Under the pieces are notes generated by a model. That model was not told the origin of the DNA. It saw only the letters and a list, made by a program, of their open reading frames with translations, and did not search any database. The position numbers and the translations under genes were made by a program. 64,000 bases of DNA from Patescibacteria group bacterium (GTDB lineage Bacteria; Patescibacteriota; Minisyncoccia; JAHISW01; Tagabacteraceae), in the NCBI GenBank assembly GCA_018819015.1, contig JAHJQY010000019.1, forward strand, positions 3,239 through 67,238. The letters are read 5' to 3'. Positions 51,018-60,102 of the stretch are shown piece by piece. Each line of letters begins with the position of its first letter. The stretch's first letter is position 1.

Positions 51018-52734
51018 TTTTAAATTTAAGTTGTATCTGGTGGGCTTGTTGTTCTTGTTTTTGGGCGGCTTGCTGGCAAGCCGGCTGTTTTTTATTCAGG
51101 TTAAGGGACATGATTTTTATTTGGTGCAATCCGACCGGCAATACTCTTTTTACAAATCACCGGAATCCATTTCTTTAAGGGGCAGCATTTATTTTAAGGA
51201 AAAAGGCGGCGAGATTATTTCGGCCGCGACAATTAAAGATGGTTTTTTGGTGGCGGTTAATCCGGACCTTATCAATAAACCTGAATATGTTTGCGGAGAA
51301 ATTGGCAAGATTGTTTTTGCTGGATTTGATAAAGACGATTGCGCAAAGAGAGCCGGTAAAAAGGGTGACCCCTATGAAGTTGTCGCGCATCGTTTAGATT
51401 CCGGCGAATCGGAAAAAATACAGGCATTAGGTATTGGCGGAGTGAATACTTTTCGCGAACAATGGCGTTTTTATCCCGGGAATTCGTTTGCCTCCCAGGT
51501 TTTAGGATTTGTTGGATACAAGGGAGATGATCTTGTCGGTCGTTACGGCCTTGAACAGTATTACGAAGATATTTTGAGGGGCGAGAAAGAAAATTTGAAA
51601 GAAAGCGCTTCTTTTGCTATGCTTTTTTTGGAGCTGGGAAAAAATTTTTTAGGAACCGATGCTTATGGCGGGCATGATATTGTTTTGACAATAGAGCCAA
51701 GAGTTCAAAGTTTTTTGGAAAACGTGCTGGTTGATGTTGTTGCGAAATGGAGCGCGGAAAGCGCCGGAGGCGTTATAATAGACCCTAAAACCGGCGCGAT
51801 ATACGCCATGTCAAGCAAGCCGGATTTTAACCCAAATACTTACGGCGAGGTGGATAATATTTCTTATTTTCGCAACCCGTTGGTTTCAAGTATTTTTGAG
51901 GTTGGATCAGTAATGAAAACTTTGACTTTGGCCGCCGCTTTGGATGCCGGAAAAATTACCGCCGAAACAACTTATTTTGATAATGGTTTTCTAGTTTTTA
52001 ACGGCAAAAGAATAGAAAATTATGACGGTAAGGGGCGAGGGACGATAGACATGCAAACTGTTCTTAATCAATCTTTGAACACCGGCGCGGTTTTTGCCAT
52101 GCAGCAATTGGGCAAAGATAAGTTTTTGAACTATCTGAAAAATTTCGGGCTTGATGAAATCACCGGGATTGATTTGCCTGACGAGATTGAGGGCCGTTTA
52201 ACAAATCTTTCGTCTATGCGGGATATTGAATATGCTACGGCCTCTTTCGGCCAGGGCATAGCCGTAAGCCCGATTGAATTTACCATGGCCGTTTCAAGCT
52301 TGGCCAACGGCGGACTTCTTATGGAGCCGCGCGTTGTTGAAAAAATTATTGTTCAGGGAGGACAAAACAATGAAATGAAACCGGTTATAAGTCGCAGAGT
52401 TTTAAAAAGCGAGACAAGCAGGGAAATAACAAGAATGCTGGTAAATGTTGTTGATGAAGCGCTTTTGGGGGGCGCGGAAAAAATGGAGCATTATACCGTT
52501 GCGGCAAAAACAGGAACGGCGCAACTGGTTAATGTCGGCGGAACCGGTTATTATGACGACCAGTATTTTCACTCGTTTTTTGGCTACGCTCCAGCTTTTG
52601 ACGCCAAGTTTTTAATTTTTCTTTATGTAAAAAAACCGCAGGGCGTAAAATATGCTTCCAACACTTTAACAGAGCCGTTTATGAATTTGATGAAATTTTT
52701 GTTAAATTATTATGAAGTGCCGCCGGATAGATGA
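50998..52734 (+). CDS. ftsI: Division-type class B penicillin-binding protein (FtsI-like)
   Basis: RFYP..FASQVLGFV, GRYGLE, EVGSVMK, SLNTG, SFGQG, KTGTAQ; dcw cluster position. Confidence 0.85.
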   Translation: MASVSDNFKFKLYLVGLLFLFLGGLLASRLFFIQVKGHDFYLVQSDRQYSFYKSPESISLRGSIYFKEKGGEIISAATIKDGFLVAVNPDLINKPEYVCGEIGKIVFAGFDKDDCAKRAGKKGDPYEVVAHRLDSGESEKIQALGIGGVNTFREQWRFYPGNSFASQVLGFVGYKGDDLVGRYGLEQYYEDILRGEKENLKESASFAMLFLELGKNFLGTDAYGGHDIVLTIEPRVQSFLENVLVDVVAKWSAESAGGVIIDPKTGAIYAMSSKPDFNPNTYGEVDNISYFRNPLVSSIFEVGSVMKTLTLAAALDAGKITAETTYFDNGFLVFNGKRIENYDGKGRGTIDMQTVLNQSLNTGAVFAMQQLGKDKFLNYLKNFGLDEITGIDLPDEIEGRLTNLSSMRDIEYATASFGQGIAVSPIEFTMAVSSLANGGLLMEPRVVEKIIVQGGQNNEMKPVISRRVLKSETSREITRMLVNVVDEALLGGAEKMEHYTVAAKTGTAQLVNVGGTGYYDDQYFHSFFGYAPAFDAKFLIFLYVKKPQGVKYASNTLTEPFMNLMKFLLNYYEVPPDR

Positions 52735-54053
52735 TGAAACAAATTTTTAAAAAAATAATTGTTTTTATACTAACCCTTGAAGCCAGGGCGGTTTTGTGGA
52801 GGTATAAACCCAAAATCGCAGCCGTAACGGGAAGTGTTGGCAAGACTTCAACCAAAGAAGCGGCGGCGATTGTTTTGGGAAGAAAATTTAGCATTAGAAA
52901 AAGTCAGAAAAGTTTTAACAGCGAGATCGGCGTGCCGTTGGTGGTTTTGGGGCTTGAGAACGCCTGGCTTAATCCTTTGTTGTGGTGCGTTAATATTTTG
53001 AAAGGATTGTCTCTGTTTTTATTCAAGCATAATTATCCCGAGTGGCTTATTTTGGAGATGGGAGTGGAAAGACCGGGGGACATAGAGAGATTGGTTTCTT
53101 GGGCCAATCCTCATGTGGCGGTTGTTACGGCTTTAGCCGAAATACCCGTACATGTTGAATTTTTTGCCGGGCCAAAAGAACTTTTTAATGAAAAGGCCAA
53201 GATTTTGAAACATTTAAAAATTGATGATTACGCGGTTTTAAACTGCGATAATGATACTGTTTGCGATTTGAAAAATAAAATAAGAGCAAAAATTATTAGT
53301 TTTGGTTTTGGCGAAGGAGCCGACTTGGTCGCGTCAAATTACAGGGTTACGCCGGAAGGCATAAGTTTTAAGGTTGATTGCGATGGTAGCAGTATTCCTG
53401 TGCGGCTTTCTAATGTTTTCGGCAAACATCATGTTTATCCGGCCTTGGCGGCTCTGGCGGTTGGCAAGGCCGCCGGCATTAATTTTGTGGAGATGTCCGA
53501 CGCGCTGCTTTCTTATTTGCCTCCGCCCGGCCGCTTAAGATTGCTCAAGGGAGTAAAAAATACTTCTATTCTTGATGATACGTATAATTCTTCGCCAATG
53601 GCGCTTCGGGCCGCGCTGGAAACTTTGGCGGATATTCCGGTTTACCCCGCCGAAGGCGGGGCAGGCAGAAAAATCGCCGTGTTGGGGGACATGTTAGAGT
53701 TGGGCAAATATACGATTGAGGCGCACAGGGCGATGGCAGAGTATATTCTTAAAGCGGGTGTGGAAATTGTTTTTACTGTTGGTCCTCGCGCCAAATTTAT
53801 TGCTGAGGCCTTGAGGGAAAATGGGTTTAAGAAAAAAAATATTTTTGAATTTTCTGGTTCTGTAGAAGCGGCCAAAGAGGTGGAAAAAATTATCAAAGAA
53901 GGCGATTTGATTTTGCTGAAAGGCTCGCAATTTATGCGGATGGAAAAAATAGTGGAGGAAATTATGGCTGAGCCGGAGAAGAAAGGAGAACTTCTTGCGA
54001 GGCAGGAAAAGGCGTGGTTGAATAAAAAATTGGAAAAAAAGAGCAACGATTGA
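52731..54053 (+). CDS. murF: UDP-MurNAc-tripeptide--D-Ala-D-Ala ligase
   Basis: VTGSVGKTSTKE, SFNSEIGVP, LEMG, DDTYNSSP, VLGDMLELG, LLKGSQ. Confidence 0.92.
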   Translation: MMKQIFKKIIVFILTLEARAVLWRYKPKIAAVTGSVGKTSTKEAAAIVLGRKFSIRKSQKSFNSEIGVPLVVLGLENAWLNPLLWCVNILKGLSLFLFKHNYPEWLILEMGVERPGDIERLVSWANPHVAVVTALAEIPVHVEFFAGPKELFNEKAKILKHLKIDDYAVLNCDNDTVCDLKNKIRAKIISFGFGEGADLVASNYRVTPEGISFKVDCDGSSIPVRLSNVFGKHHVYPALAALAVGKAAGINFVEMSDALLSYLPPPGRLRLLKGVKNTSILDDTYNSSPMALRAALETLADIPVYPAEGGAGRKIAVLGDMLELGKYTIEAHRAMAEYILKAGVEIVFTVGPRAKFIAEALRENGFKKKNIFEFSGSVEAAKEVEKIIKEGDLILLKGSQFMRMEKIVEEIMAEPEKKGELLARQEKAWLNKKLEKKSND

Positions 54054-54066
54054 AAAATTAATTGAT

Positions 54067-54139
54067 GGTCCTATCGTCTAGAGGCCCAGGACGCCGCCCT
54101 CTCACGGCGGAAACGGGGGTTCAAATCCCCCTGGGACCA
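54067..54139 (+). tRNA. tRNA-Glu(CTC)
   Basis: GGTCCTA/TGGGACC acceptor, CCGCC-CT CTC AC-GGCGG anticodon arm, GGGGG-TTCAAAT-CCCCC T-arm. Confidence 0.95.
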
Positions 54140-54175
54140 CATACGGGTTTTTGTTTTCGTGTTATAATTTAATCA

Positions 54176-56836
54176 ATGTCGGACGGGAAAAAACAAAAAC
54201 CATGGCATAGTTTAAGCGCCAACGATGTTTTAAAAGAATTTTCTTCTTCTCCTCGCGGGCTCGGCTACGGCGAGGTTGAATTAAGGTTGGAAAAATACGG
54301 CCAGAATGTTTTTAAATACGAAGAAAAATTTCGCCTCCTGAAAATTATCTGGAACCAGATTAAAAGTCCATTGGTTTTTATTTTAATCATCGCCGGTTTT
54401 GTCACTTTGTTTTTGAAAGCGTATACCGACTCTGTTGTTATTCTGGTTGCCGTAACAATAAACACTATTATCGGCGTTGTTCAGGAGGGCAAAGCTTCAC
54501 AGGCATTTTCAAAATTAAGAGATTCTCAAAAAAAATACACTACAGTTATCAGAGAGAACAGGAAACAACTGATATCGGCTGAGAATGTGGTGCCCGGAGA
54601 CATTTTGGTTTTGTCTGCCGGCGACCAAGTTGCCGCCGACGCGCGCATTTTGGAAAGTAAGGGATTGGAGGTTAACGAGGCTGTTTTGACCGGTGAGTGG
54701 ATGTCTAATTTAAAAAATTCAAGAAAGATAAAAGAAGAAGTTCCATTGGCCGACAGGTCCAACATGGTTTGGATGTCTACGCTGATAACTGACGGATGGG
54801 GGACTGCCATTATCGTTGGCACCGGTTTTGATACAGAAATCGGCAAAATAGCGCAGATGCTCGGAGAAGAAAAAGCCCCACTGACAAATTTTCAAAAAAG
54901 TATAAAAAAACTCGCCAATGTAATTGGTTTAATTGTTTTGGGTACCCTGGTTATTATTTTCGCAGTAGGTGTTTTGCACAATCAGCCGATTTCTCAAATG
55001 TTTTTAGCTTCGGTTGCCATTGCGGTGGCGGCGGTTCCGGAAGGTTTGCCTGTTGTTGTTAGTGTTGTTTTGGCCATTGGCATGGAAAGAATTTTATCTA
55101 ATGGAGGCTTGATTAAGAGATTAAGCGCGGTTGAAACACTGGGTTCTGTGGATGTAATTTTGACTGATAAAACAGGGACCTTGACTCAGGCGATTATGCG
55201 CGTTTCTGATATTGTTACATTAAATTCTTTAGAACAGAAGCAAAAAAAAGATGATAAATCAAAAATTTTAGAAATGGCCATTTTAGCATCTTCTGGTTTT
55301 GTGGAAAATCCGGATGATAATTTGGCGGATTGGATTGTGCGTGGGCATCCCATGGACCAGGCGTTAATTCTGGCCGGGGCTGAGCAAAATATCCATCAAC
55401 ACACTCTTCTAAAAGAAATGCCGCGATTGGATTTTTTGGAATTTGACGCTGAAAGGCGTTTTGCCGCTTCGCTTCATGACACAAAAGGCAAGGAGAACAG
55501 AATTTTTATTACTGGCGCTCCGGAGCTTTTGCTGGATTTGTCCAAGACAATTTACAAGAGCGGGAAGGCTGTAAAATTAACAAAAAAATATAAAGAATTA
55601 TTGACTAGTGTTTTGGAAAAGCAAACTTCTTTTGGAGAAAGAGTCATAGTCGTAGCTTACAAGAATTACGCCAAGAAGGAATTTCCGAGAAACGATGGCG
55701 ATGGAGCATTTGAAGATTTTATTTTTGGTGGGTTTATTTTATTTCACGATCCACTAAGGCCTGATGCCGCTTCATCTTTTAAGAAAGCGAAATTAGCTGG
55801 CATAAAAACTATTATGGTGACAGGAGATCACAAAAAAACTGCTCAAAAAATTGGGGAAGAGGTCGGCATTTTTAAAAAGGGCGACAGGATTATTACCGGA
55901 GACATGATGGAAGAATTGACCGATGAAGACTTGAAAAAAGAGCTTGACAGGGTATCTATTTTTGCGAGAGTTTTACCTCATCAAAAATTGAGGATTGTGA
56001 AATTTTGGCAGGAGGCCGGCAAGACGGTGGCCATGACCGGTGATGGCGTCAACGACGCGCCGTCGTTGAAAAGAGCCGAAGTGGGAGTGGCTTTAAATTC
56101 CGGCACAGAAGTTGCCAAAGAGGCTTCCAGTATGATTCTTTTGAATAATAATTTTTCAGTAATAATTTCCGCAATCGGAGAAGGCAGAAAAATCCTAGTC
56201 AATTTTAGAAAGATATTAGTTTATTTGCTTTCCACTGCTTTTAGTGAAATTCTTTTAGTTTTCGTTTCTCTGGTTATTGGTGCGCCTTTGCCGATTTTAC
56301 CGGCACAGGTTTTATGGGCCAATCTTGTTGAAGAGGGGTTTATGAATTTTGCTTTTGCTTTTGAGCCAGGAGAAGATGGTATTATGGAGGTGCCGCCCAA
56401 ATCTTTTTCCTTCGATAAAATTTTGACAAACGAAGGCAGAAACATGATTATTATCTTAGCTTTTTTTACAAGTTTTCTTTTAATGGTGGTTTTTCTTTTG
56501 TCTCATTTTGTTTTTAAACACTCTTTGGATTATACGCGCACAATTGTTTTCGCTGTTCTTTCAGCAGACTCTATATTTTTTGCTTTTTCTTTAAAGAATT
56601 TTAAGAAGCCTTTGTGGCAAATAAATATTTTTTCAAATCGTTATTTAATAGTCGCTCTTTTTGTCAGTATGCTTTTTTTGGCCGCCGCTCTTTTTCTTCC
56701 GCCAATAAGAGCATTGCTTTCTTTGGAAAAATTGGGCATTTTTGATATCTTTATAGTATTATCTTTGGGGGTTCTTAACCTTTTTATTATTGAGGTCGCC
56801 AAGCATTTTTTAGTTAATAGAGAAATTAAAAAGTAG
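54176..56836 (+). CDS. Cation-transporting P-type ATPase (type IIA, Ca2+-like)
   Basis: LTGE, VPEGLP, DKTGTLT, DPLR, MVTGD, TGDGVNDAP, QVLWANLV. Confidence 0.92.
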   Translation: MSDGKKQKPWHSLSANDVLKEFSSSPRGLGYGEVELRLEKYGQNVFKYEEKFRLLKIIWNQIKSPLVFILIIAGFVTLFLKAYTDSVVILVAVTINTIIGVVQEGKASQAFSKLRDSQKKYTTVIRENRKQLISAENVVPGDILVLSAGDQVAADARILESKGLEVNEAVLTGEWMSNLKNSRKIKEEVPLADRSNMVWMSTLITDGWGTAIIVGTGFDTEIGKIAQMLGEEKAPLTNFQKSIKKLANVIGLIVLGTLVIIFAVGVLHNQPISQMFLASVAIAVAAVPEGLPVVVSVVLAIGMERILSNGGLIKRLSAVETLGSVDVILTDKTGTLTQAIMRVSDIVTLNSLEQKQKKDDKSKILEMAILASSGFVENPDDNLADWIVRGHPMDQALILAGAEQNIHQHTLLKEMPRLDFLEFDAERRFAASLHDTKGKENRIFITGAPELLLDLSKTIYKSGKAVKLTKKYKELLTSVLEKQTSFGERVIVVAYKNYAKKEFPRNDGDGAFEDFIFGGFILFHDPLRPDAASSFKKAKLAGIKTIMVTGDHKKTAQKIGEEVGIFKKGDRIITGDMMEELTDEDLKKELDRVSIFARVLPHQKLRIVKFWQEAGKTVAMTGDGVNDAPSLKRAEVGVALNSGTEVAKEASSMILLNNNFSVIISAIGEGRKILVNFRKILVYLLSTAFSEILLVFVSLVIGAPLPILPAQVLWANLVEEGFMNFAFAFEPGEDGIMEVPPKSFSFDKILTNEGRNMIIILAFFTSFLLMVVFLLSHFVFKHSLDYTRTIVFAVLSADSIFFAFSLKNFKKPLWQINIFSNRYLIVALFVSMLFLAAALFLPPIRALLSLEKLGIFDIFIVLSLGVLNLFIIEVAKHFLVNREIKK

Positions 56837-56837
56837 T

Positions 56838-57818
56838 ATGTTTTTTTATGTTTTAATTTTTATCGCCAGTTTTCTTGTTTTGGCGTGGTCAAGCGGATTT
56901 TTGGTAAAATCGCTGACGAGTTTGGCCAGATTTTTTAGCATGTCAGAATATGTTATGTCTTTTATTTTTATGAGCTTTATTACTTCTTTGCCGGAATTGT
57001 TTGTTGGTTTTTCGTCAGCCGCAAACGACATTCCCGAATTTTCTTTCGGTAATGTTTTGGGCGCGAATTTGCTTAAAATTACTTTGATGATGGGGCTTAT
57101 CGTTGTTCTTGGCAACGGTTTGCATATAAGCAGTAAAATTTCTAAAAGGAATTTTTGGATAATTTCCGGGTTTGCTTTTTTGCCGCTTTTGCTGGCTGCC
57201 GACGGAGTTCTTTCTGGGTGGGATGGGCTGGCGTTGTTGCTTGCTTTTACGTTTTACATTGTGCGCCTGAGAAGAGAAAGGGAATATTTTACCAAGACGA
57301 CGGCAATTCTCAATGGCAATTCGTTTGCCGTAAATCATCGGAGGCATCACAGTATATTAAATATTTTTGAGCATCTTTCCCGTTCGTTTATCGGGTTATT
57401 TTTATTGATTATAAGTTCTTGTGCCATTGTTTGGAGCGGAAAATATTTGGCAGAAGGAATTAATTTAAGCTTTTTATCTTTTGGCATACTTTTTGTCGCT
57501 GTCGGTACCTCCTTGCCGGAATTGATTTTTGGGGTGCGCGCCAGAATGTTAAAGCACGGTTCTATGGCGATAGGTAATGCTTTAGGAAGTATTGCCTTTA
57601 ATTCCATGTTTGTTTTGGGTCTGGTAAGCATAATGAATCCAATTAGGCTGGTTTTTTCAGCGAGCCTTGTTTCGGTTGTCGGGTTTTCTGTTGTGGCCTT
57701 TCTTTTTTTCAATGGTTTTGTGTTTAGTAAATCTTTTATTTCAAGAAAAGAAGGCATTGTTTTGCTTTTTATTTACGCATCATTTTTAGTTTTTGAATAT
57801 TTTAGTATAATTATTTGA
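56838..57818 (+). CDS. Sodium/calcium exchanger family protein
   Basis: Two alpha-repeats: TSLPEL..GNVLGAN and GTSLPEL..GNALGS. Confidence 0.9.
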   Translation: MFFYVLIFIASFLVLAWSSGFLVKSLTSLARFFSMSEYVMSFIFMSFITSLPELFVGFSSAANDIPEFSFGNVLGANLLKITLMMGLIVVLGNGLHISSKISKRNFWIISGFAFLPLLLAADGVLSGWDGLALLLAFTFYIVRLRREREYFTKTTAILNGNSFAVNHRRHHSILNIFEHLSRSFIGLFLLIISSCAIVWSGKYLAEGINLSFLSFGILFVAVGTSLPELIFGVRARMLKHGSMAIGNALGSIAFNSMFVLGLVSIMNPIRLVFSASLVSVVGFSVVAFLFFNGFVFSKSFISRKEGIVLLFIYASFLVFEYFSIII

Positions 57819-57820
57819 AC

Positions 57821-58852
57821 ATGGCTTTAATAATTTTGATGGCAATTTTGGGTGTTTTGGCGGGCGGTTTTTCCGTCTGGCTTATTTTTTCAAAAAGGAC
57901 GCAAAAAGAAGACGGCAGCGCCTTTTTGATGCTGCAAAAACAGCTTGAAGAAATCCGCGGAACTTTGGATAATAAACTGGGCGAATCAGCCAAAGTTATT
58001 CAGCAGCAGTTTGGGCAGAGCGCCAAAATTATCCGCGATGTTACCGAGAGCCTTGTTAAGTTGGATGAAACAAATAAGCAGGTTTTAAATTTTTCAGACC
58101 AATTAAGCAGTTTGCAGGATATTTTAAAGAACCCAAAACAAAGAGGAGTTTTGGGCGAATATTTTCTTGAAGAAACACTAAGAAATGTTTTACCTCCAAA
58201 TTCATACCAGATGCAATATAAGTTTAAGGACGGCGAGATTGTTGATGCCGTTGTTTTTGTGAAAGATAAAATTATTCCGGTGGACTCAAAATTTTCTTTG
58301 GAAAATTACGAGCGTATTTTAAATGAGCGCGACGCAGAAGAAAGGATGAAGCTGGAAAAACTTTTTAAGCAAGATTTAAAAAACAGGATTGACGAAACAT
58401 CTAAATATGTGCGGCCGCAGGAAAACACAATGGATTTTGCTTTTATGTTTATTCCGTCCGAGGCGATTTATTACGATTTATTGGTGAATAAAGTCGGAGC
58501 GGTAAAACTGGCCACGCGCGATTTGATCGAATACGCTTTCAGGGATAAACATGTGATTATTGTTTCGCCGACCAGCTTTCTGGCTTATCTGCAGACTGTT
58601 TTGCAGGGGTTAAAAGCTTTGAAAATTGAAGAGTCGGCCAAAGAAATTCGCAAGCGGGTGGAGGATTTGGGAAGGCATTTGCAGTCTTACGGCGAATTTA
58701 TGCAGAAGCTGGGAGGGCAGTTGGGGACAACGGTGAGTACTTACAATAAAGCTTCAAAAGAATTTAAGAAAATAGACAAAGATGTTTTGCGCATAGCGGG
58801 CGAGGGGATTAATACTGAAATTCTTTCCATTGATAAACCGGAGGAGATATGA
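57821..58852 (+). CDS. rmuC: DNA recombination protein RmuC
   Basis: NPKQRGVLGEYFLE, VDAVV, VDSKFS, DFAFMFIPSEAIY, VSPTS. Confidence 0.9.
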   Translation: MALIILMAILGVLAGGFSVWLIFSKRTQKEDGSAFLMLQKQLEEIRGTLDNKLGESAKVIQQQFGQSAKIIRDVTESLVKLDETNKQVLNFSDQLSSLQDILKNPKQRGVLGEYFLEETLRNVLPPNSYQMQYKFKDGEIVDAVVFVKDKIIPVDSKFSLENYERILNERDAEERMKLEKLFKQDLKNRIDETSKYVRPQENTMDFAFMFIPSEAIYYDLLVNKVGAVKLATRDLIEYAFRDKHVIIVSPTSFLAYLQTVLQGLKALKIEESAKEIRKRVEDLGRHLQSYGEFMQKLGGQLGTTVSTYNKASKEFKKIDKDVLRIAGEGINTEILSIDKPEEI

Positions 58853-58917
58853 AGGATAAAATGCTCTTTGGCCGTTTTTGTCTCGTAATTTTTATATTGT
58901 TTTTGCTTTTTTAGTTG

Positions 58918-58957
58918 CTATCACAGAAACTAGACGATCGTCTTAGATATGTGGTAG
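58918..58957. repeat. 40-bp imperfect palindrome upstream of PaaX/Cas2-like gene 2
   Basis: CTATCACAGAAACTAGACGA|TCGTCTTAGATATGTGGTAG. Confidence 0.8.
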
Positions 58958-58976
58958 TATTAAATTTATAAAGACC

Positions 58977-59555
58977 ATGAAAGCAGAAAAGAAATATTTA
59001 ATGAAAAAGAAGTATTCGAGGGGTGAATTGAGTAAGGAAATTTTAAAAAGTCTGGCAATCGGCGGATTTGTGGTTGTCTGTTTTGTCGCGCCAAATTTTG
59101 CACAAGTCGCAAAATTATTTGACGCAAAAAATTCAAAAGACAGATGGCGATTGAAACGTACTTTATATAATTTGACCAAGGAGCGATTGGTTGAGATTTC
59201 TTATAATAAAAGAGGGGAGGAAACTATAAGAATCACAGGAGACGGAGAAAAAAGAATTTTGAAATACAAATACGAAGAGATAGAGATCCCCATTCCTAAA
59301 AAGTGGGATAAGTTATGGAGGTTGGTTATTTTTGATATTCCCGAAATTCATAGAAGGGCAAGAAATGCGCTAGCTTTCAAATTACAAGAGGTAGGATTTT
59401 ATCCTTTGCAAAAAAGTGTTTTTATTTTTCCTTATGAATGCAGAGACGAAATAGATTTTATTTGCGAACACTTCAAAATAAGGGAATATGTAAATTATTT
59501 CGTGGTTAAAGAGCCGGAAAATAGAGAATATCTTGGGCAGTGGTTTAATTTGTGA
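58977..59555 (+). CDS. wHTH + Cas2-like (PaaX-family) protein, paralog 2
   Basis: LKRTLYNL...IRITGDG winged helix; KKWDKLWRLVIFDIPE, LQEVGFYPLQKSVFIFPYEC. Confidence 0.85.
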   Translation: MKAEKKYLMKKKYSRGELSKEILKSLAIGGFVVVCFVAPNFAQVAKLFDAKNSKDRWRLKRTLYNLTKERLVEISYNKRGEETIRITGDGEKRILKYKYEEIEIPIPKKWDKLWRLVIFDIPEIHRRARNALAFKLQEVGFYPLQKSVFIFPYECRDEIDFICEHFKIREYVNYFVVKEPENREYLGQWFNL

Positions 59556-59600
59556 TTGATTTTGGTCGTAAATACGCAAATACAAAAATGATTTATAAAA

Positions 59601-59640
59601 TCATCACATAAATATGACTATCGTCCTAGTTGTGTGATGA
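59601..59640. repeat. 40-bp imperfect palindrome downstream of PaaX/Cas2-like gene 2
   Basis: TCATCACATAAATATGACTA|TCGTCCTAGTTGTGTGATGA; 27/40 identical to 58918-58957. Confidence 0.8.
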
Positions 59641-59700
59641 AATGAAAATGGGATTCTGTATTGTCTTTACATTAATATTTCTTAATGCTATACTATAATC

Positions 59701-60006
59701 GGTTCTATATTGAATAGCTACCCCGCATTTCTGCGGGGAGGAAAGTCCGAACACTCGCTTTGTCTAAACATGGCAAAAAAATCTGACAAAGCAGCAGGGT
59801 AGCGGGTAACGCCCGTCCCCCGTAGAAATGCGGGGAGAGGTGCGAACAGAAACGACCCGGTTAAGTCCGGCTGAAACGGCTAAATCCTTACCTGAGTGCA
59901 AGGCCGAGTCCCGCCTTTGGCGGGAAGTGCCGCTTGATCCGTTGGGTAACCAACGAGACAGATAAATGGCTATTTAAAACAGAATTCGGCTTACGGATAT
60001 AGAACC
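59701..60006 (+). ncRNA. rnpB: RNase P RNA
   Basis: GAGGAAAGTCCG, AACAGAAACGACC, GAGTGCAAGGCC, AGATAAATG, AAAACAGAATTCGGCTTA; P1 GGTTCTATAT/ATATAGAACC. Confidence 0.93.
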
Positions 60007-60038
60007 AACCAACCCCGCTTTCGGCGGGGTTGGTTTTT
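60007..60038 (+). terminator. rnpB terminator
   Basis: AACCAACCCCGC-TTTCG-GCGGGGTTGGTT + T-run. Confidence 0.8.
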
Positions 60039-60102
60039 TGTTGATTTTTGATTATAATATATAGATAATATAATTATTATTATTTTTTAGTTAGTAAACA
60101 TT

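Noticed and set aside
54067-59640. Integrative island at tRNA-Glu
   Set aside because: No integrase and no duplicated tRNA 3' end seen downstream.
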